DNA from: Dehalococcoidia bacterium
Lineage (GTDB): Bacteria > Chloroflexota > Dehalococcoidia > Bin125
Assembly: GCA_963662615.2 (NCBI GenBank)
Contig: CAXXSR010000001.1
Coordinates: 192,001-256,000, forward strand
Direction of reading: 5' to 3'
Length of the DNA: 64,000 bases
Shown: positions 46,660-59,281 of the stretch, one piece after another
How positions within the stretch are numbered: the stretch's first letter is position 1
Layout of the letters: the number at the start of each line of letters is the position of its first letter
The notes under the pieces: generated by a model
Databases searched by the model: none
The model's input: the letters and a program-made list of their open reading frames with translations, nothing else
Told to the model about the DNA's origin: nothing
Made by a program: the position numbers and the translations under genes

Positions 46660-48362
46660 CACATGTGCTCCGGCGCCGCGACACCGATCAGGCCCAGCGT
46701 GCGGGCCAGCACCGTCTTCGCGGCGACGGTGAGCTTGAGCCGGGCGCGGGAGAGTTCGGGCTGGTCCGGCTGCACGACCCGGCAGGCGCCGTAGAACTGG
46801 GTGAACTGTTGGGCCAATTCCAGCGCGTACGTCGTGAGATGATGTGGTTCCAACTTCTCCGTAATCAACTCAACGAGCTCCGGGAGCCGCAGCATCTCGT
46901 CGATCAAGGCCGTCTCGGTGGGATGGCGAAGCGCCTGGACGTCGCCGCCGGCCTCGAGACCGGCTTCCGCCGCCGTGCGGAGAATGCTGGCGCAGCGGGC
47001 GTGCGCGTACTGCACGTAGGAGGCCGGATTCTGCTTCGGGTCCTGGCTCATTGCCAGCTCCAGGTCGAAGTCCATCTGGGCGTCGGCCGAGCGTTGCAGC
47101 AGGAAGAAGCGCGTCACGTCCCTGCCCACCTCTTGCACCAGTTCGCGCAGCGTCACGATCTCGCCGGTCCGCTTCGACATTCGCACCCGTTCGCGTCCGC
47201 GACGGAGGTGTACGAGCTGATAGAGCACCACGTCCGGGCCGCCCGCCGGCCCGCCCACGGCCTCCGTCGCCACTTTCGTCCGCACCACGTGCCCCTGGTG
47301 GTCGGCGCCCCAAACGTCGATGACGCGGTCGAAGCCGCGCCGCACGAACTTGTCGAAGTGATAGGCGACGTCCGAGGCGAAGTAGGTCGGCTCGCCGGTC
47401 CGGCGGATCAGCACGTTGTCCTTGTCTTCACCGAGCTTGCGCGAGGCGAACCAGACCGCTCCTTCGTGCTCCTCCACGAAGCCGCCCGCCCGCAGCCGCT
47501 CCATGGCCGCGTCGTAGGCGGAGGCCCCAGCGGGCCGCTCCGCAGGCTCGTACAGCGATCGCTCACGGAACCAGCGGTCGAACTCCACCCCCAGCCGCGC
47601 CAGATCGTCCTGGACCTGCTCCAGCATGAGGTCGACGCCGCGCTTGCCCAACGCTGACGCAAGCGCCGCGGACGTCGCTTCACCCTGCGGCGCCAGGAAC
47701 GCCTCCCCGTCCTCCTCCTTGATCCGCGCGGCCAGCGGCACGAGATAGCTGCCCTGGTAGCCGTCGGCGGGGACAGGCACGTCGCGACCGAACTGCTGTT
47801 GGTAGCGCGCGTGGAGCGACTCGGCGAACGTCCGTACCTGTCCGCCCGCATCGTTGACGTAGTACTCTCGCTGGACCGCGTAGCCGGCGGCGGCAAGAAC
47901 GCTCGCCAGCACATCGCCGAGGACCGCGCCCCGCGCGTTGCCCACCTGCAACGGCCCCGTGGGATTCGCCGAGACGAACTCGACTTGGAGCGTCCGCCCC
48001 TCGCCGGCGTGGATGTTGCCCCAGCGCTCGCCGGTGGCCAGGATCGCATCCACCTGCGCGCGTTTCCAGGCATCCGCGAGCCGCACGTTGATGAAGCCGG
48101 GCGGCGCGACTTCCAGGGCGGCGATCATGTCGCCCGTCGCCACCCGACTGGCGATCGTTTCCGCCAGCTCCAACGGTTTGCGCTTCACCGTACCCGCGAG
48201 CCGCAGGGCGACGCTGCTCGCGTAGTCGCCGTGCTCGGGGTTCTGCGGCCGCTCGATGGCGATCTCGACCGCAGGGAGGCGCGGCAGCGTCCCGTCATCC
48301 TGCGCAGCCTGGAGCGCCGCTTCCAGGGCGTTGCGGACATCGTCGCGGGCGAGACCGCTCAT
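46659..48362 (-). CDS. argS: Arginine--tRNA ligase
   Basis: [44 protein letters not shown]. Confidence 0.96.
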   Translation of the reverse strand: MSGLARDDVRNALEAALQAAQDDGTLPRLPAVEIAIERPQNPEHGDYASSVALRLAGTVKRKPLELAETIASRVATGDMIAALEVAPPGFINVRLADAWKRAQVDAILATGERWGNIHAGEGRTLQVEFVSANPTGPLQVGNARGAVLGDVLASVLAAAGYAVQREYYVNDAGGQVRTFAESLHARYQQQFGRDVPVPADGYQGSYLVPLAARIKEEDGEAFLAPQGEATSAALASALGKRGVDLMLEQVQDDLARLGVEFDRWFRERSLYEPAERPAGASAYDAAMERLRAGGFVEEHEGAVWFASRKLGEDKDNVLIRRTGEPTYFASDVAYHFDKFVRRGFDRVIDVWGADHQGHVVRTKVATEAVGGPAGGPDVVLYQLVHLRRGRERVRMSKRTGEIVTLRELVQEVGRDVTRFFLLQRSADAQMDFDLELAMSQDPKQNPASYVQYAHARCASILRTAAEAGLEAGGDVQALRHPTETALIDEMLRLPELVELITEKLEPHHLTTYALELAQQFTQFYGACRVVQPDQPELSRARLKLTVAAKTVLARTLGLIGVAAPEHM

Positions 48363-48378
48363 CTTGTGCTTTGCGCCT

Positions 48379-48427
48379 CACATCCCTTGCGCCACATCTC
48401 GTGCACCACATCTCTTGCACCGATGTG
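48379..48427. repeat. Three 14-bp tandem repeats plus an inverted half-copy in the argS leader
   Basis: CACATCCCTTGCGC / CACATCTCGTGCAC / CACATCTCTTGCAC followed by GATGTG (reverse complement of CACATC). Confidence 0.78.
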
Positions 48428-48526
48428 ACGGGCCGGAAGGAAAAAGCCATCGTAGCCGCGCCGACGGTTGTGCGACAGGCGGGCGCGGGCGCCGGAGTGC
48501 CGTAGGGGCCGCTGACCGGCGTCGAT

Positions 48527-51054
48527 CTAATGAATGGCGCCGGCTCCGTCGACGGGGAGTTGACGAGCGAGGCGCGCCAGCGGTTGATGCTCGGGCGCGC
48601 GGAGGTTGGGGTCACGGTCCAGCATGCGCTCGGCGAAGTTGCGCGCCTTCAGCAGCAGGTCGTGGTCGGTGAGTTTGGCCACGCGGAGATCGGGGAGCCC
48701 CGATTGCCGCGTCCCGAAGTATTCGCCCGGCCCCCGCAGCCGCAAGTCCGCCTCCGCGAGCTCGAAGCCGTCGGTCAGGCTCTCCATGAGCGCGAGCCGG
48801 TCTCGCGTGACCGGACTCTCGCTGTCGGAGAGGAGAAAGCAATAGGATTGATGCCCGCTCCGGCCCACACGGCCGCGAAATTGGTGCAGTTGCGCCAGCC
48901 CAAAGCGGTCCGCTCCCTCAATGACGATCACGGTGGCGTTGGGCACGTCCACGCCCACTTCAATCACGGCGGTGGACATGAGGATCGCGGTGCGCCCCTG
49001 CCGGAACTCCTCCATCGCTGTGTCTTTCTCGGCGGCCGGCATGCGACCATGCAAGAGGCGGATGCGCTGGGAGAGGTCGGGGAAGACGGCGCTGCGCAGT
49101 CGCTCGAACTCCTGCACGGCGGCCTTCGCCTCCACCATCTCCGACTCTTCCACCAGCGGACAGATGAAGAAGATCTGCCGTCCCTTGCCGATCTCAGCGC
49201 GGACGCGCGCGTAGATCTCGGCGCGCTCGTCGGGCCCCGCGAATCTCGTCTCCACCGGTCGCCGGCCCGGCGGCATCTCATCGAGCCGCGTGGCGTCGAG
49301 GTCGCCGTAGACGGTCAGGGCCAGGGTCCGCGGAATGGGCGTGGCCGTCATCACCAGCAGGTGCGGACTCCCGCCCTTGCCGCGCAGGGAGTCGCGCTGC
49401 AGCACGCCGAAGCGGTGCTGCTCGTCCACCACGGCGAGCCCGAGCCGGGGGAAGGCGACTCGCTCCTCGATCAGCGCATGCGTCCCCACCACAATGTCCA
49501 GTTCGCCCGCTCGGATGGCTTGCTGCACTTCGCGCTTGCGGCTCGCCGTGGCGCTGCCGCTCAGCAGCGCCATGCGGACGGCACGCCCCAGAGCCGGCGC
49601 GACCGTGTAGTGGTGAAACACCGTGTCGCCGCTGACGCCGCCGAAGATGCGATGGAGGGTGCGGTGGTGCTGCTCCGCCAGCACCTCGGTGGGCGCCATC
49701 AGCACGCTCTGGTACCCCGCCGCGACGGCGCCGAGCATGGCCAGGGCCGCGACCACGGTCTTGCCGGAGCCCACGTCGCCTTGGAGGAGGCGGGCCATGG
49801 GCTCGGGACGGCCGAGGTCGGCGCGGATCTCCGTGACGGCGCGCATCTGCGCGCCGGTGAGCTGGAACGGCAGCGCGTCCACGAAGCCTTGCAGGAACTC
49901 TCCTTGGAGGATGACGACCGGCGCGTGGGCGCGGGCGCGCTCCTGACGCTTGCGTCGCAGCACGGCGACTTGAATAGCAAGGAGTTCTTGGAAGGCCAGA
50001 CGCTCGCGGGCGGCATCACGCCGTTCCAGCGAACTGGGGAAGTGCAGCTGGGCGATCGCTTCCTGCTCGGAGAGGTAGCCGGTCTCGCTGAGCACTTCCG
50101 GCGGCAACGACTCGGGGAGCGAGGGCAGGTGGCGGTCGATGGCGGCCCGAGCGAGTTTGCGGACCGTCCGTCCCGGCAAGCCCTGGGTCAGCGGGTACAC
50201 CGGGACGAAGCGCCCCACGTGCGTACCCTCACCGGCGCTGCCCGGGTCGGCCTCCTCGTCATCGCTGAGGCGCTCCCATTCCGGCGAATCGAACTGCGGG
50301 CGGCCGCGATAGGCGCCGACCTTGCCGGCTAGCGCCACCTGTGCGCCCGGCGGCAGCTGCTTGGCCAGATAGGGCTGGTTAAACCAGAGCGCGCGCACGC
50401 GTCCGCTTTCGTCTTCAATCGTGGCTTCGGTGGCGCGCTTGCGCCCGCCCCAAAATGCGACGCGAGAGTTGCGGACGCGCCCCACCACGGTCGCGCTCTC
50501 GCCGACCACGAGCGCCGCGATCGGTTTCACCTCGCTGAAATCCACGTGCCGGTGGGGGAAATACCAGAGCAGGTCCCGGACGTTGCGGACGCCGACGCGC
50601 TCGAGCTTGGCCACGGTCCCCGCGCGGATGCGGGCAAGGGAGCCCACGGGAGCGTCGAGGCCGTCGGCCGCAGTGCGAGCGGGGCGGGTCGGGGCGCGGC
50701 GCGCTCCCTTCCCTGCGGGAAGAGCTGGGCGCGGGGGGCTCGCCGCTGCCGGCCCCGCTGCCCCACTCCGTTGCCGCCCTGGACCGCTGCCGTTCCCGGG
50801 TCCCAACTGCGCCCGCGCCCGGCGGGCCCAGGCGGCTCGCTCCGGCCGGCCGAGGGAGGCGTAGCCGCTGCGTGGGAGCGCCGCCACCGCGGCGTAGAGG
50901 GGGCTGGTCGGGTCCGCCTGGGCCAGCGCGCCGCGTAAATAGGCGTCCAGCCCCCGGCGACCGCCCGGTTGTCGAAGCGTCGCCGCTGCTCCTCGTCGAT
51001 CATCTTGAGCAGGGTCGCAGTCGCCTCGGCGGACGGGCCGGCGGCCGTGCTCAC
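48527..51054 (-). CDS. recG: ATP-dependent DNA helicase RecG with an apparent frameshift at about 50951-50955
   Basis: LQGDVGSGKT, VDEQHRFG, MTATPIPRTL, QLHQFRGRVGR. The N-terminus (LLKMIDEEQRRRFDNRAVAGG) is in a different frame and starts at a GTG overlapping the DegV stop. Confidence 0.93.
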
Positions 51055-51893
51055 GCCGGCGCCTGCAGGACGGCGGCGCCCAATGCGCCCGGCCCCACGT
51101 GCGCTCCAATGACGGGACTGATTTGGACGACCGAGACGGGAACGGCGGCCAGCGTCTCTCGCATCCGCCCGGCAAGCCGTTCGGCGTCGTCCGGGGTCGT
51201 CGTATAGAGCACGGCGATGCGCTCCGCTCGGGGCGTGCTCACCGCCAAGGAGTGCAAGCGGTCGATCGCCTTCTGGCGTGTCCGCGGCCGCTCGATGGCG
51301 TCGATCTCGCCATCGATGAGTTCGAGCACGGGCTTGGTTCGCAACAGCGTGCCCAGGAACGTCCGTGCCCGGCCGATGCGTCCGCCTTTCTGGAGGTGTT
51401 CCAGCGTGTCGACGAAGAGCAGGACGCGCGCCCGCGCGGCGCATTCGCGGGCCGCGGCGACGATGCCCGCCGCATCGCTTCCCGCCGCCGCGGCTTCGGC
51501 CGCGGCCAGCACGGTGTAGCCGAGCCCCAGCGACGCCTGGTTGGAGTCCACCACCTCCACCGGCGGCGACCCGGCGGGAAGCAGCGCCGCCCCCGCCCGT
51601 GCCGCGTTGGTCGTTCCCGACAGTTTGGCACCGACGTGAATCGAAACGATTCCGTCGGCATCGCTCAGGGCCGCGTAGGCTTCCTGAAACGTCCCCGCAG
51701 ACGGTTGTGACGTCCGCGGAAAAACGCTGCTCTGGACGAGGTGCTTGTAGAAATCCGCTTTGCTCAGCGTCGCGCCGTCCTGGAAAGCCTCGTCGCCGAA
51801 GTGGACGAACAACGGCACTACGGTGATCTGGTGGCGGGCCGCCACGTCGGCATCCAGATCAGCCGCGGAGTCGGTGACGATGCGAATAGCCAT
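51051..51893 (-). CDS. DegV family fatty-acid-binding protein (FakB)
   Basis: IVTDSAAD, TSQPS, LSGT, L.KGGRIG, HVGPG. Confidence 0.93.
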   Translation of the reverse strand: MAIRIVTDSAADLDADVAARHQITVVPLFVHFGDEAFQDGATLSKADFYKHLVQSSVFPRTSQPSAGTFQEAYAALSDADGIVSIHVGAKLSGTTNAARAGAALLPAGSPPVEVVDSNQASLGLGYTVLAAAEAAAAGSDAAGIVAAARECAARARVLLFVDTLEHLQKGGRIGRARTFLGTLLRTKPVLELIDGEIDAIERPRTRQKAIDRLHSLAVSTPRAERIAVLYTTTPDDAERLAGRMRETLAAVPVSVVQISPVIGAHVGPGALGAAVLQAPA

Positions 51894-51956
51894 AGGCCGG
51901 CTCAGCGACCAGAATTGGGCAGGTGCATAGGCTCCTGACCAGTCGTCGCGGCCAGA

Positions 51957-53606
51957 TTACTCCAGCGATACCTGATAGGGGTAGTGAGGCTGGCCGCCTA
52001 TGACAAGCTCGACCTCGAGCGTGTCGGGCAGCGTCGCCGTCAATCGCTCCACCGTCTCCCGCGCTTCCTCGTCGCTCACCTCCGCGCCGCGATAGACCGT
52101 CAGCAGCTCGGCGGCCGGCCGGCTCTCGACCATGCGCTGAGCCAGAAACGCCAGCGCGCCCGAGACCGTCTCTGCCCCTCCCACAATCTCACCCTCCAGC
52201 AGCGCGAACGGCTGCCCTTGCCGGAGCGGCACTGGCTTCTTGATCGCTCGGGCGGCGCGCGTGACCTCGCCGCTCAAGAGATCTTGGGCCGCCTCCACCA
52301 TCCGTCGGCAGGCCGCCTCCAGGTCGGCGCCGGGCTGAAGCGCCGACAGCGCGACGATGGCAGCGGGCTGGCTGGTGACGGGCGCCACCTGGATGCGCAC
52401 GGTGTCGCTCAGTGCCGCCGCTTGCTCCGCGGCCGGGATGACGTTGCGATGGTTCGGCAGCACGATCACCTCCGCGGCGTGCGTGGAGCGCGCCGCCGCT
52501 AAGATGGCCTCAGCGCTGGGATTCTGCGTGGCCCCGCCGGCAACGATGGCGGCCACGCCGAGATCCTTGAAGAGGCGCTCGAACCCCTCCCCCGACGCCA
52601 CGGCGACGACGGCGACCGCGCCCGTTGCGCCCTGCCCCGACGCCAGCGCTTGATGCTGCTCCGCCATGTCCTCGGCTTTGTGTTGCTCCACGTCGCCGTA
52701 GCGCGCGCCCAGGCGGTAGGCGGTCTGGGGATCGGCGATGTGCACGTGGACGTGCAGCAGTGACGTCTCCCCCACGACCAGAACGGAATCCCCCAACTCC
52801 TGCAGCTCGCGGCGGATCTCCAGCGCGTCCAATTCAGCTCCCCGCAGCACGAACTCCGTGCACCAGCCGTAGGGGGCCTCCGCCCGTTGCGCCCCCGCCA
52901 GCCATTGGGGATCGATGCGCCCGCTCTCGGCGGCGGCGGGCGGCAGATCCTCGCCGGTGAGGCCGTGGTGCATCCCCTCCAGGACGACCGCCAGGCCGCG
53001 AGCGCCGGCATCCACCACGCCGGCCTCCGCCAGCATCGGCATCTGATCCGGTGTCCGCTCCACGGCGGCGTGGGCGCATCGCACTGCCGCAGCGGTAATG
53101 GCGGCCACGTTCGCGCCGGTCCCGCCCTGCTCGCCAGCGCGCTGGACTTGGTCGCAGTCCGCGACCGCCCGCGCCACGGAGAGGATGGTCCCCTCGGCCG
53201 GCTCGGCGATGGCGGCGTAGGCGGCATCGGCCGCCCCTGTCAGCGCGGCCAGCAGCGCCCCTCCGTCGGCCACTTCGGCGCGCGCGAACCCCTCGCCCAG
53301 GCCGCGCAGCCACTGCGACAGGATCACGCCGGAGTTCCCCCGCGCTCCCAAGAGGGCGCCGTGGGCGGCGGCCCCGGCAACGTCCGCCAAAGGCGCGTCG
53401 GCGGGGAGCTTCCCGCTCGCTTCCTGGGCCGCCCTCAGGGTCAGGCCCATGTTCGTGCCGGTGTCGCCGTCGGGCACCGGAAAGACGTTGATCGCGTCGA
53501 TCGATGCCGCATTCCGGTCCAGCCAGACCCACGCCGTTGTCAGCATTTGGCGCAGGAGCGGTCCGGTCAGTGCGGGCGCGGATCGCGCTGTCGATGGTCG
53601 CGGCAT
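51957..53606 (-). CDS. DAK2-domain fatty acid kinase subunit (FakA)
   Basis: INVFPVPDGDTGTNM, GARGNSGVILSQ, GVVDAG, CTEF, HVHVH, GGQPHY. Confidence 0.93.
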   Translation of the reverse strand: MPRPSTARSAPALTGPLLRQMLTTAWVWLDRNAASIDAINVFPVPDGDTGTNMGLTLRAAQEASGKLPADAPLADVAGAAAHGALLGARGNSGVILSQWLRGLGEGFARAEVADGGALLAALTGAADAAYAAIAEPAEGTILSVARAVADCDQVQRAGEQGGTGANVAAITAAAVRCAHAAVERTPDQMPMLAEAGVVDAGARGLAVVLEGMHHGLTGEDLPPAAAESGRIDPQWLAGAQRAEAPYGWCTEFVLRGAELDALEIRRELQELGDSVLVVGETSLLHVHVHIADPQTAYRLGARYGDVEQHKAEDMAEQHQALASGQGATGAVAVVAVASGEGFERLFKDLGVAAIVAGGATQNPSAEAILAAARSTHAAEVIVLPNHRNVIPAAEQAAALSDTVRIQVAPVTSQPAAIVALSALQPGADLEAACRRMVEAAQDLLSGEVTRAARAIKKPVPLRQGQPFALLEGEIVGGAETVSGALAFLAQRMVESRPAAELLTVYRGAEVSDEEARETVERLTATLPDTLEVELVIGGQPHYPYQVSLE

Positions 53607-53685
53607 CCTGGTATGATGGCACAGCGCCTCATTCGGCGCCTTTCCTCGCGCGGCCGTCCACGTTCAGCGGCGAAGGGCCAGTCCC

Positions 53686-53901
53686 GTGTCCGGATTATGC
53701 GATCTGTGCGGCAAGCGGACGTCCTTCGGCCGCAACATCCGTCACAAGCATTCCGGCCGCTGGAAGCGGAAGGCGCCGCGCACCTCGCGCACCTTCAAGC
53801 CCAACGTCCACCGGCGCAAATTTGTCATCGACGGCAAGACCGTCCGCCTCGACGTTTGCACGCAGTGCATGAAGACCATGCTGAAGCGGCTGGCCGCCTA
53901 G
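53686..53901 (+). CDS. rpmB: 50S ribosomal protein L28 (Zn-ribbon type)
   Basis: CDLCGK...R.FKPNV...VCTQCMK; divergent from fakA. TGnTATGAT extended -10 at 53609-53617. Confidence 0.93.
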   Translation: MSGLCDLCGKRTSFGRNIRHKHSGRWKRKAPRTSRTFKPNVHRRKFVIDGKTVRLDVCTQCMKTMLKRLAA

Positions 53902-53969
53902 CCTCCGCTCCCTCTCAACCTCAGCTGTCTTTGATCGCCGCGGTCCGCTTGGCCGTCGCGCCCCCGGCC

Positions 53970-54653
53970 CTAGCGCTCCCCGATCGCCCCCCGCAGCCGC
54001 GCCATCGCCGCCCCCACCGACTCTCGATCGTTAAACACCGCCGAGCCGGCGACCAGCAGCTCCGCCCCCGCCTCCACGACCGCCGCCGCCGTCTTCGCGT
54101 TCACGCCGCCGTCCACTTCCAGCACCGCGTTGAGCCCCAGCGCCTGAAGTTGCTCTTGCGTCGCCCGCAACCGCTCCAACGACTCCGGAATGAACGGCTG
54201 CCCGCCCCAGCCGGGCTGCACGCTCATGATCTGCAGCTGATCGACCTCCGCCAGCACCGGCTCCAGCGCCGCCAGCTCCGTCTCCGGCTTCAGCGTCACT
54301 CCCGTGCGAGCGCCGGCGGCCCGAATCTGCTCTAGCACCGCGCCTATCGTCGCGGTCGATTCGACATGCACGATCAGGGTGTCCGCGCCGGCGGCGATGA
54401 ATTCGTCGATGTGCTGTTCCGGCTCCTCGATCATCAAATGCACGTCCAGCGGCAGCGAGGTCACTCGGCGCACCGCCTCCACCATCAGCGGCCCGAAGGT
54501 GATCCGCGGCACGAAGCGGCCGTCCATCACGTCAATGTGGATCGCGTCGGCGCCCGCCGCCTCCGCCTCCCGTACCTGCTCGCCGAGCCGCGTCAGGTCG
54601 GCGGCGAGGATGGACGGTGCGATCTGGATCCTGCGCCCACCGCTACGCGCCAT
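53970..54653 (-). CDS. rpe: Ribulose-phosphate 3-epimerase
   Basis: IAPSILAAD, HIDVMDG, DVHLMI, MSVQPGWGGQ, EVDGG, VAGSA. Confidence 0.95.
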   Translation of the reverse strand: MARSGGRRIQIAPSILAADLTRLGEQVREAEAAGADAIHIDVMDGRFVPRITFGPLMVEAVRRVTSLPLDVHLMIEEPEQHIDEFIAAGADTLIVHVESTATIGAVLEQIRAAGARTGVTLKPETELAALEPVLAEVDQLQIMSVQPGWGGQPFIPESLERLRATQEQLQALGLNAVLEVDGGVNAKTAAAVVEAGAELLVAGSAVFNDRESVGAAMARLRGAIGER

Positions 54654-54657
54654 CGAT

Positions 54658-56088
<1,431 letters not shown>

Positions 56089-56327
56089 AGGGGACGGCTC
56101 CGCGCCGTCCTCAGGCGGGCCGGCGGCGCCGGCAGGCGCTCCTCGCTTGGGCACGTCGGCTACAGCCCTGGCTCCGTCCTTGGCGCCGCCACCCGCGACG
56201 TCCGTCGTTCCGGTCCGTTCTCGCGCGGTGGCGCGTTCATGTGGCGCCAGCATCGCATATCTCGGACGCGGCGGCTTCCCACTGGGCGCGGCGTGCAGTT
56301 CAGGGAACACAGGCGCCGGCGCCGGAG

Positions 56328-56711
56328 TCAGCCGCCGCCCGCGACGGTCTCGCTCAGCCCGGCTTCACTCAGAATCGCCGCCACGTCCGCCGGGTCGACG
56401 TCTACTCGCCGCCGCAGGGCGACCGCAGGAATCTCGCGCCCTTCCGCCACCAGGCGGCGATAGAACGTCGCGGCCAGGACCCGCAGGATCGCCTGCAGGC
56501 CATCCTCGTCCAGGGGGCCGCCCCCCCGCGCCGCCAGCGTCTCCCGGAAGAGCGCTTGCGCGTCCACCGCCAGCCCCAGGTTGCATTCCAGCGCTCTCTG
56601 ATGCGGCTGCCGGAGGATGAAATCCGCGGTCACGGAGCCGCCGAACGTCAGGCCGCGACCTTCGTAGCCCACATCGAGCTCTGGCACGTCGCTCCCGGCT
56701 GGCCCCGTCAT
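56328..56711 (-). CDS. Hypothetical protein within the arg operon
   Basis: 127-aa ORF filling the argG-argH gap on the same strand; GAGG upstream. Confidence 0.6.
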   Translation of the reverse strand: MTGPAGSDVPELDVGYEGRGLTFGGSVTADFILRQPHQRALECNLGLAVDAQALFRETLAARGGGPLDEDGLQAILRVLAATFYRRLVAEGREIPAVALRRRVDVDPADVAAILSEAGLSETVAGGG

Positions 56712-56745
56712 GGCAATCGGTTTGGAAGCACCCTCGTCGATGCCG

Positions 56746-58014
56746 TCACCGCACCGCCTCGTCGATGTTTCCGCCCCGGCTCACCGCGAGTGGATCACCG
56801 GGCTGTCGCAACAGCTGCGTCTCCGCCTGCAGCCGCACCGGCAAGCCCCAGATCTGGATGAAGCCCAGGGCAGCCGACTGATCGAAGCTGTCGCCTTCAG
56901 CATATGTAGCCAGCGACCGCTGGTACAGACTGGAGGGACTGGTCTGGCCCACAGCCCGGACCGTCCCTTTGTGCAGTCGCAGCCGCACCGTCCCGCTGAC
57001 GTGCCGCTGCATGGACTGCGTCAACGCCGCCAGATCCTGGTGGTGCCCGCTGAACCAGAGCCCGTCGTAGATCAGGTCGGCGTAGTCCTGCATGAGCCGC
57101 TGCTTCAAGCGCAGCTGCTGCTTGCTCAGTGTGAGCCGCTCCAACGCCTGATGCGCCTCCAGCAGCGCCACCGCCGCCGGCGCCTCGTACACCTCCCGTG
57201 ACTTGATCCCCACCAGCCGGTTCTCCACCATGTCAATGCGGCCCACCCCGTGCGCCCGCGCCGTCTCGTGCATCCGCGTGACCAGCGTGACCGGGCTCAA
57301 CTCCTCACCGTCCAGCGACACGGGCATCCCGCGCTCAAAGCCCACCTCCACGTAGAGCGGCTCGGCCGGCGCCGCCTCCAGCGACTGCGTCCATTCCCAG
57401 ACGTCGTCCGGCGGCTCCACAGCAGGATCTTCCAACGCACCCGCCTCCACGGATCGCCCCCAGAGGTTCGCGTCCACGGAATACGGCGTTTTCTTCCCTG
57501 CCCTGAGGGGAATCTTGTGTGCCTGTGCGTAGGCCAGCTCCGACGCGCGCGTCGTCAGCTCCCACTCCCGCACCGGGGCCAGGATCCGCAGCGCCGGCGC
57601 CAGCGCCCCCACCGACACGTCAAAGCGCACCTGGTCATTGCCCTTGCCGGTGCACCCATGCGCCACGGCGCCGGCGTTCTCCGCGTGCGCCGTGTCCACC
57701 AGCAACTTCGCGATCAGCGGCCGCGCCAACGCCGTTGCCAAGGGGTATTTCCCCTCATAGAGCGCCCCCGCCATCAGCGCCGGGAAGATGAACGACCGCG
57801 TAAACGTCTCCCGCGCGTCCTCCACAATCAGCCGCGACGCGCCCGCCGCCAGTGCCCGCTGCTCCAACTCCGCTCCTTCGTCCAGGAATCCCAAGTCCGC
57901 CGTGAGGCAGATCACCTCCCAGCCGCGCTCTACGAGCCAACGCGTGGCCACCGACGTGTCCAAGCCGCCGCTGTAGGCCAGCACGACCTTCTTGGGGCGC
58001 TGGGATCTCGGCAC
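56746..58014 (-). CDS. argG: Argininosuccinate synthase
   Basis: LAYSGGLDTS, HGCTGKGNDQVRF, ENRLVGIKSREVYE. Confidence 0.97.
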   Translation of the reverse strand: MPRSQRPKKVVLAYSGGLDTSVATRWLVERGWEVICLTADLGFLDEGAELEQRALAAGASRLIVEDARETFTRSFIFPALMAGALYEGKYPLATALARPLIAKLLVDTAHAENAGAVAHGCTGKGNDQVRFDVSVGALAPALRILAPVREWELTTRASELAYAQAHKIPLRAGKKTPYSVDANLWGRSVEAGALEDPAVEPPDDVWEWTQSLEAAPAEPLYVEVGFERGMPVSLDGEELSPVTLVTRMHETARAHGVGRIDMVENRLVGIKSREVYEAPAAVALLEAHQALERLTLSKQQLRLKQRLMQDYADLIYDGLWFSGHHQDLAALTQSMQRHVSGTVRLRLHKGTVRAVGQTSPSSLYQRSLATYAEGDSFDQSAALGFIQIWGLPVRLQAETQLLRQPGDPLAVSRGGNIDEAVR

Positions 58015-58040
58015 GGCTGGGATATCCCTCCGCGACGCGC

Positions 58041-59240
58041 TCAGCCGGAGGCGGCCGCGACGACGGCGCTCAGCGCCTCGTCCACGATCTCCACCGCGCG
58101 GTCCAGCTCCGCCTCCGTCACCGTCAAGGGCGGAATGAACCGCAGCGCCGTCGCCTTCACGTTGTTGATCAGCAGGCCCCGCTCCCGACAGGCGCCGACA
58201 AGGTCCGCCGCGATCGCCGAGGAGAATTCGATCGCCACCATCAGCCCCTGACCGCGCACCTCCACGACCTCCGCCTGGCGGTCCTCCAGCGAGCGCAGCT
58301 TGGCCATCAGGTGGGCGCCTTTCGCCTCCACCTGCGCCGGGATGTCCTCATCCAACATCGCCCGCACCACCGCCAACGCCACCGCCGTGGCGAGCGGCTG
58401 GCCACCGAAAGTGGTCCCGTGCTCGCTCGGCTCGAAGGCGGCCAAGCGATCGTTGGCCAGGAACGCGCCAATGGGCACACCGCCGCCCAGCCCCTTGGCC
58501 AAGGCCATCACGTCCGGTGCGAAGTTGTAGTGCTGAAAGCCGAAGAGGCGGCCCGTCCGCCCCATCCCGGTTTGCACCTCGTCCAACACCAGGGCCAGGT
58601 CGGCGTCGTCACAGAGGCGGCGCACGGCCGGCAGGTAGTCCGGATCCGGCACGTTGACGCCGCCTTCGCCCTGGACCGGTTCCAGCAGGACCGCGCACGT
58701 CTTGCTGGTGACGGCGCCCCGCAGCGCCTCAATGTCGTTGTAGGGCACGTGCAGGAATCCGGGCGGCAGCGGCTGGAACGGCTCGCTGTACTTCGGGGTG
58801 CCGCTGGCGGTGACCGCGGCGAGCGAGCGCCCGTGGAAGCCGTCCTCCATGGCGATGATCTCGAACGAGCCGTTGCGCTGGGTGCGGCCCCACTTCCGCA
58901 CCAGCTTGATGCAGCCCTCGTTCGCCTCAGCGCCGCTGTTGCAAAAGAAGATGCGGCTGAGGCCGCTCTCGCGCACCAGGATCTCGGCCAGCTCCACCTG
59001 CGGCACGGTGTAAAAGATATTGGAGACGTGCATCAGGGTGTCGGCTTGCGCCTTCAACGCCCCCACCACCGTGGGGTGCGTGTGGCCCAGGCTGTCCGCG
59101 GCGATGCCGGCCACGAAGTCCAAGTACTCCTTGCCGTCCTCATCCCACACGCGCGTGCCGCGGCCCCGCACCAGCGTGACCGGCTGGCGCACGCCCGTGC
59201 GCATGAAGACGGCGGCCTCCCGCTCGGCAATGCTCGCCAT
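58041..59240 (-). CDS. argD: Acetylornithine aminotransferase
   Basis: NSGAEANE, FHGRS, EPVQGEGG, DEVQTGMGRTG, AKGLGGG, HGTTFGG; arg operon context. Confidence 0.93.
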   Translation of the reverse strand: MASIAEREAAVFMRTGVRQPVTLVRGRGTRVWDEDGKEYLDFVAGIAADSLGHTHPTVVGALKAQADTLMHVSNIFYTVPQVELAEILVRESGLSRIFFCNSGAEANEGCIKLVRKWGRTQRNGSFEIIAMEDGFHGRSLAAVTASGTPKYSEPFQPLPPGFLHVPYNDIEALRGAVTSKTCAVLLEPVQGEGGVNVPDPDYLPAVRRLCDDADLALVLDEVQTGMGRTGRLFGFQHYNFAPDVMALAKGLGGGVPIGAFLANDRLAAFEPSEHGTTFGGQPLATAVALAVVRAMLDEDIPAQVEAKGAHLMAKLRSLEDRQAEVVEVRGQGLMVAIEFSSAIAADLVGACRERGLLINNVKATALRFIPPLTVTEAELDRAVEIVDEALSAVVAAASG

Positions 59241-59281
59241 GGCTCCTGCTTCCTTCGCCGGCGCCGGCGCGCGCCTTGGCC

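Noticed and set aside
6141-48427. The two 14-bp arrays as CRISPR arrays
   Set aside because: Units are contiguous with no spacers, too short, and no cas genes are present.
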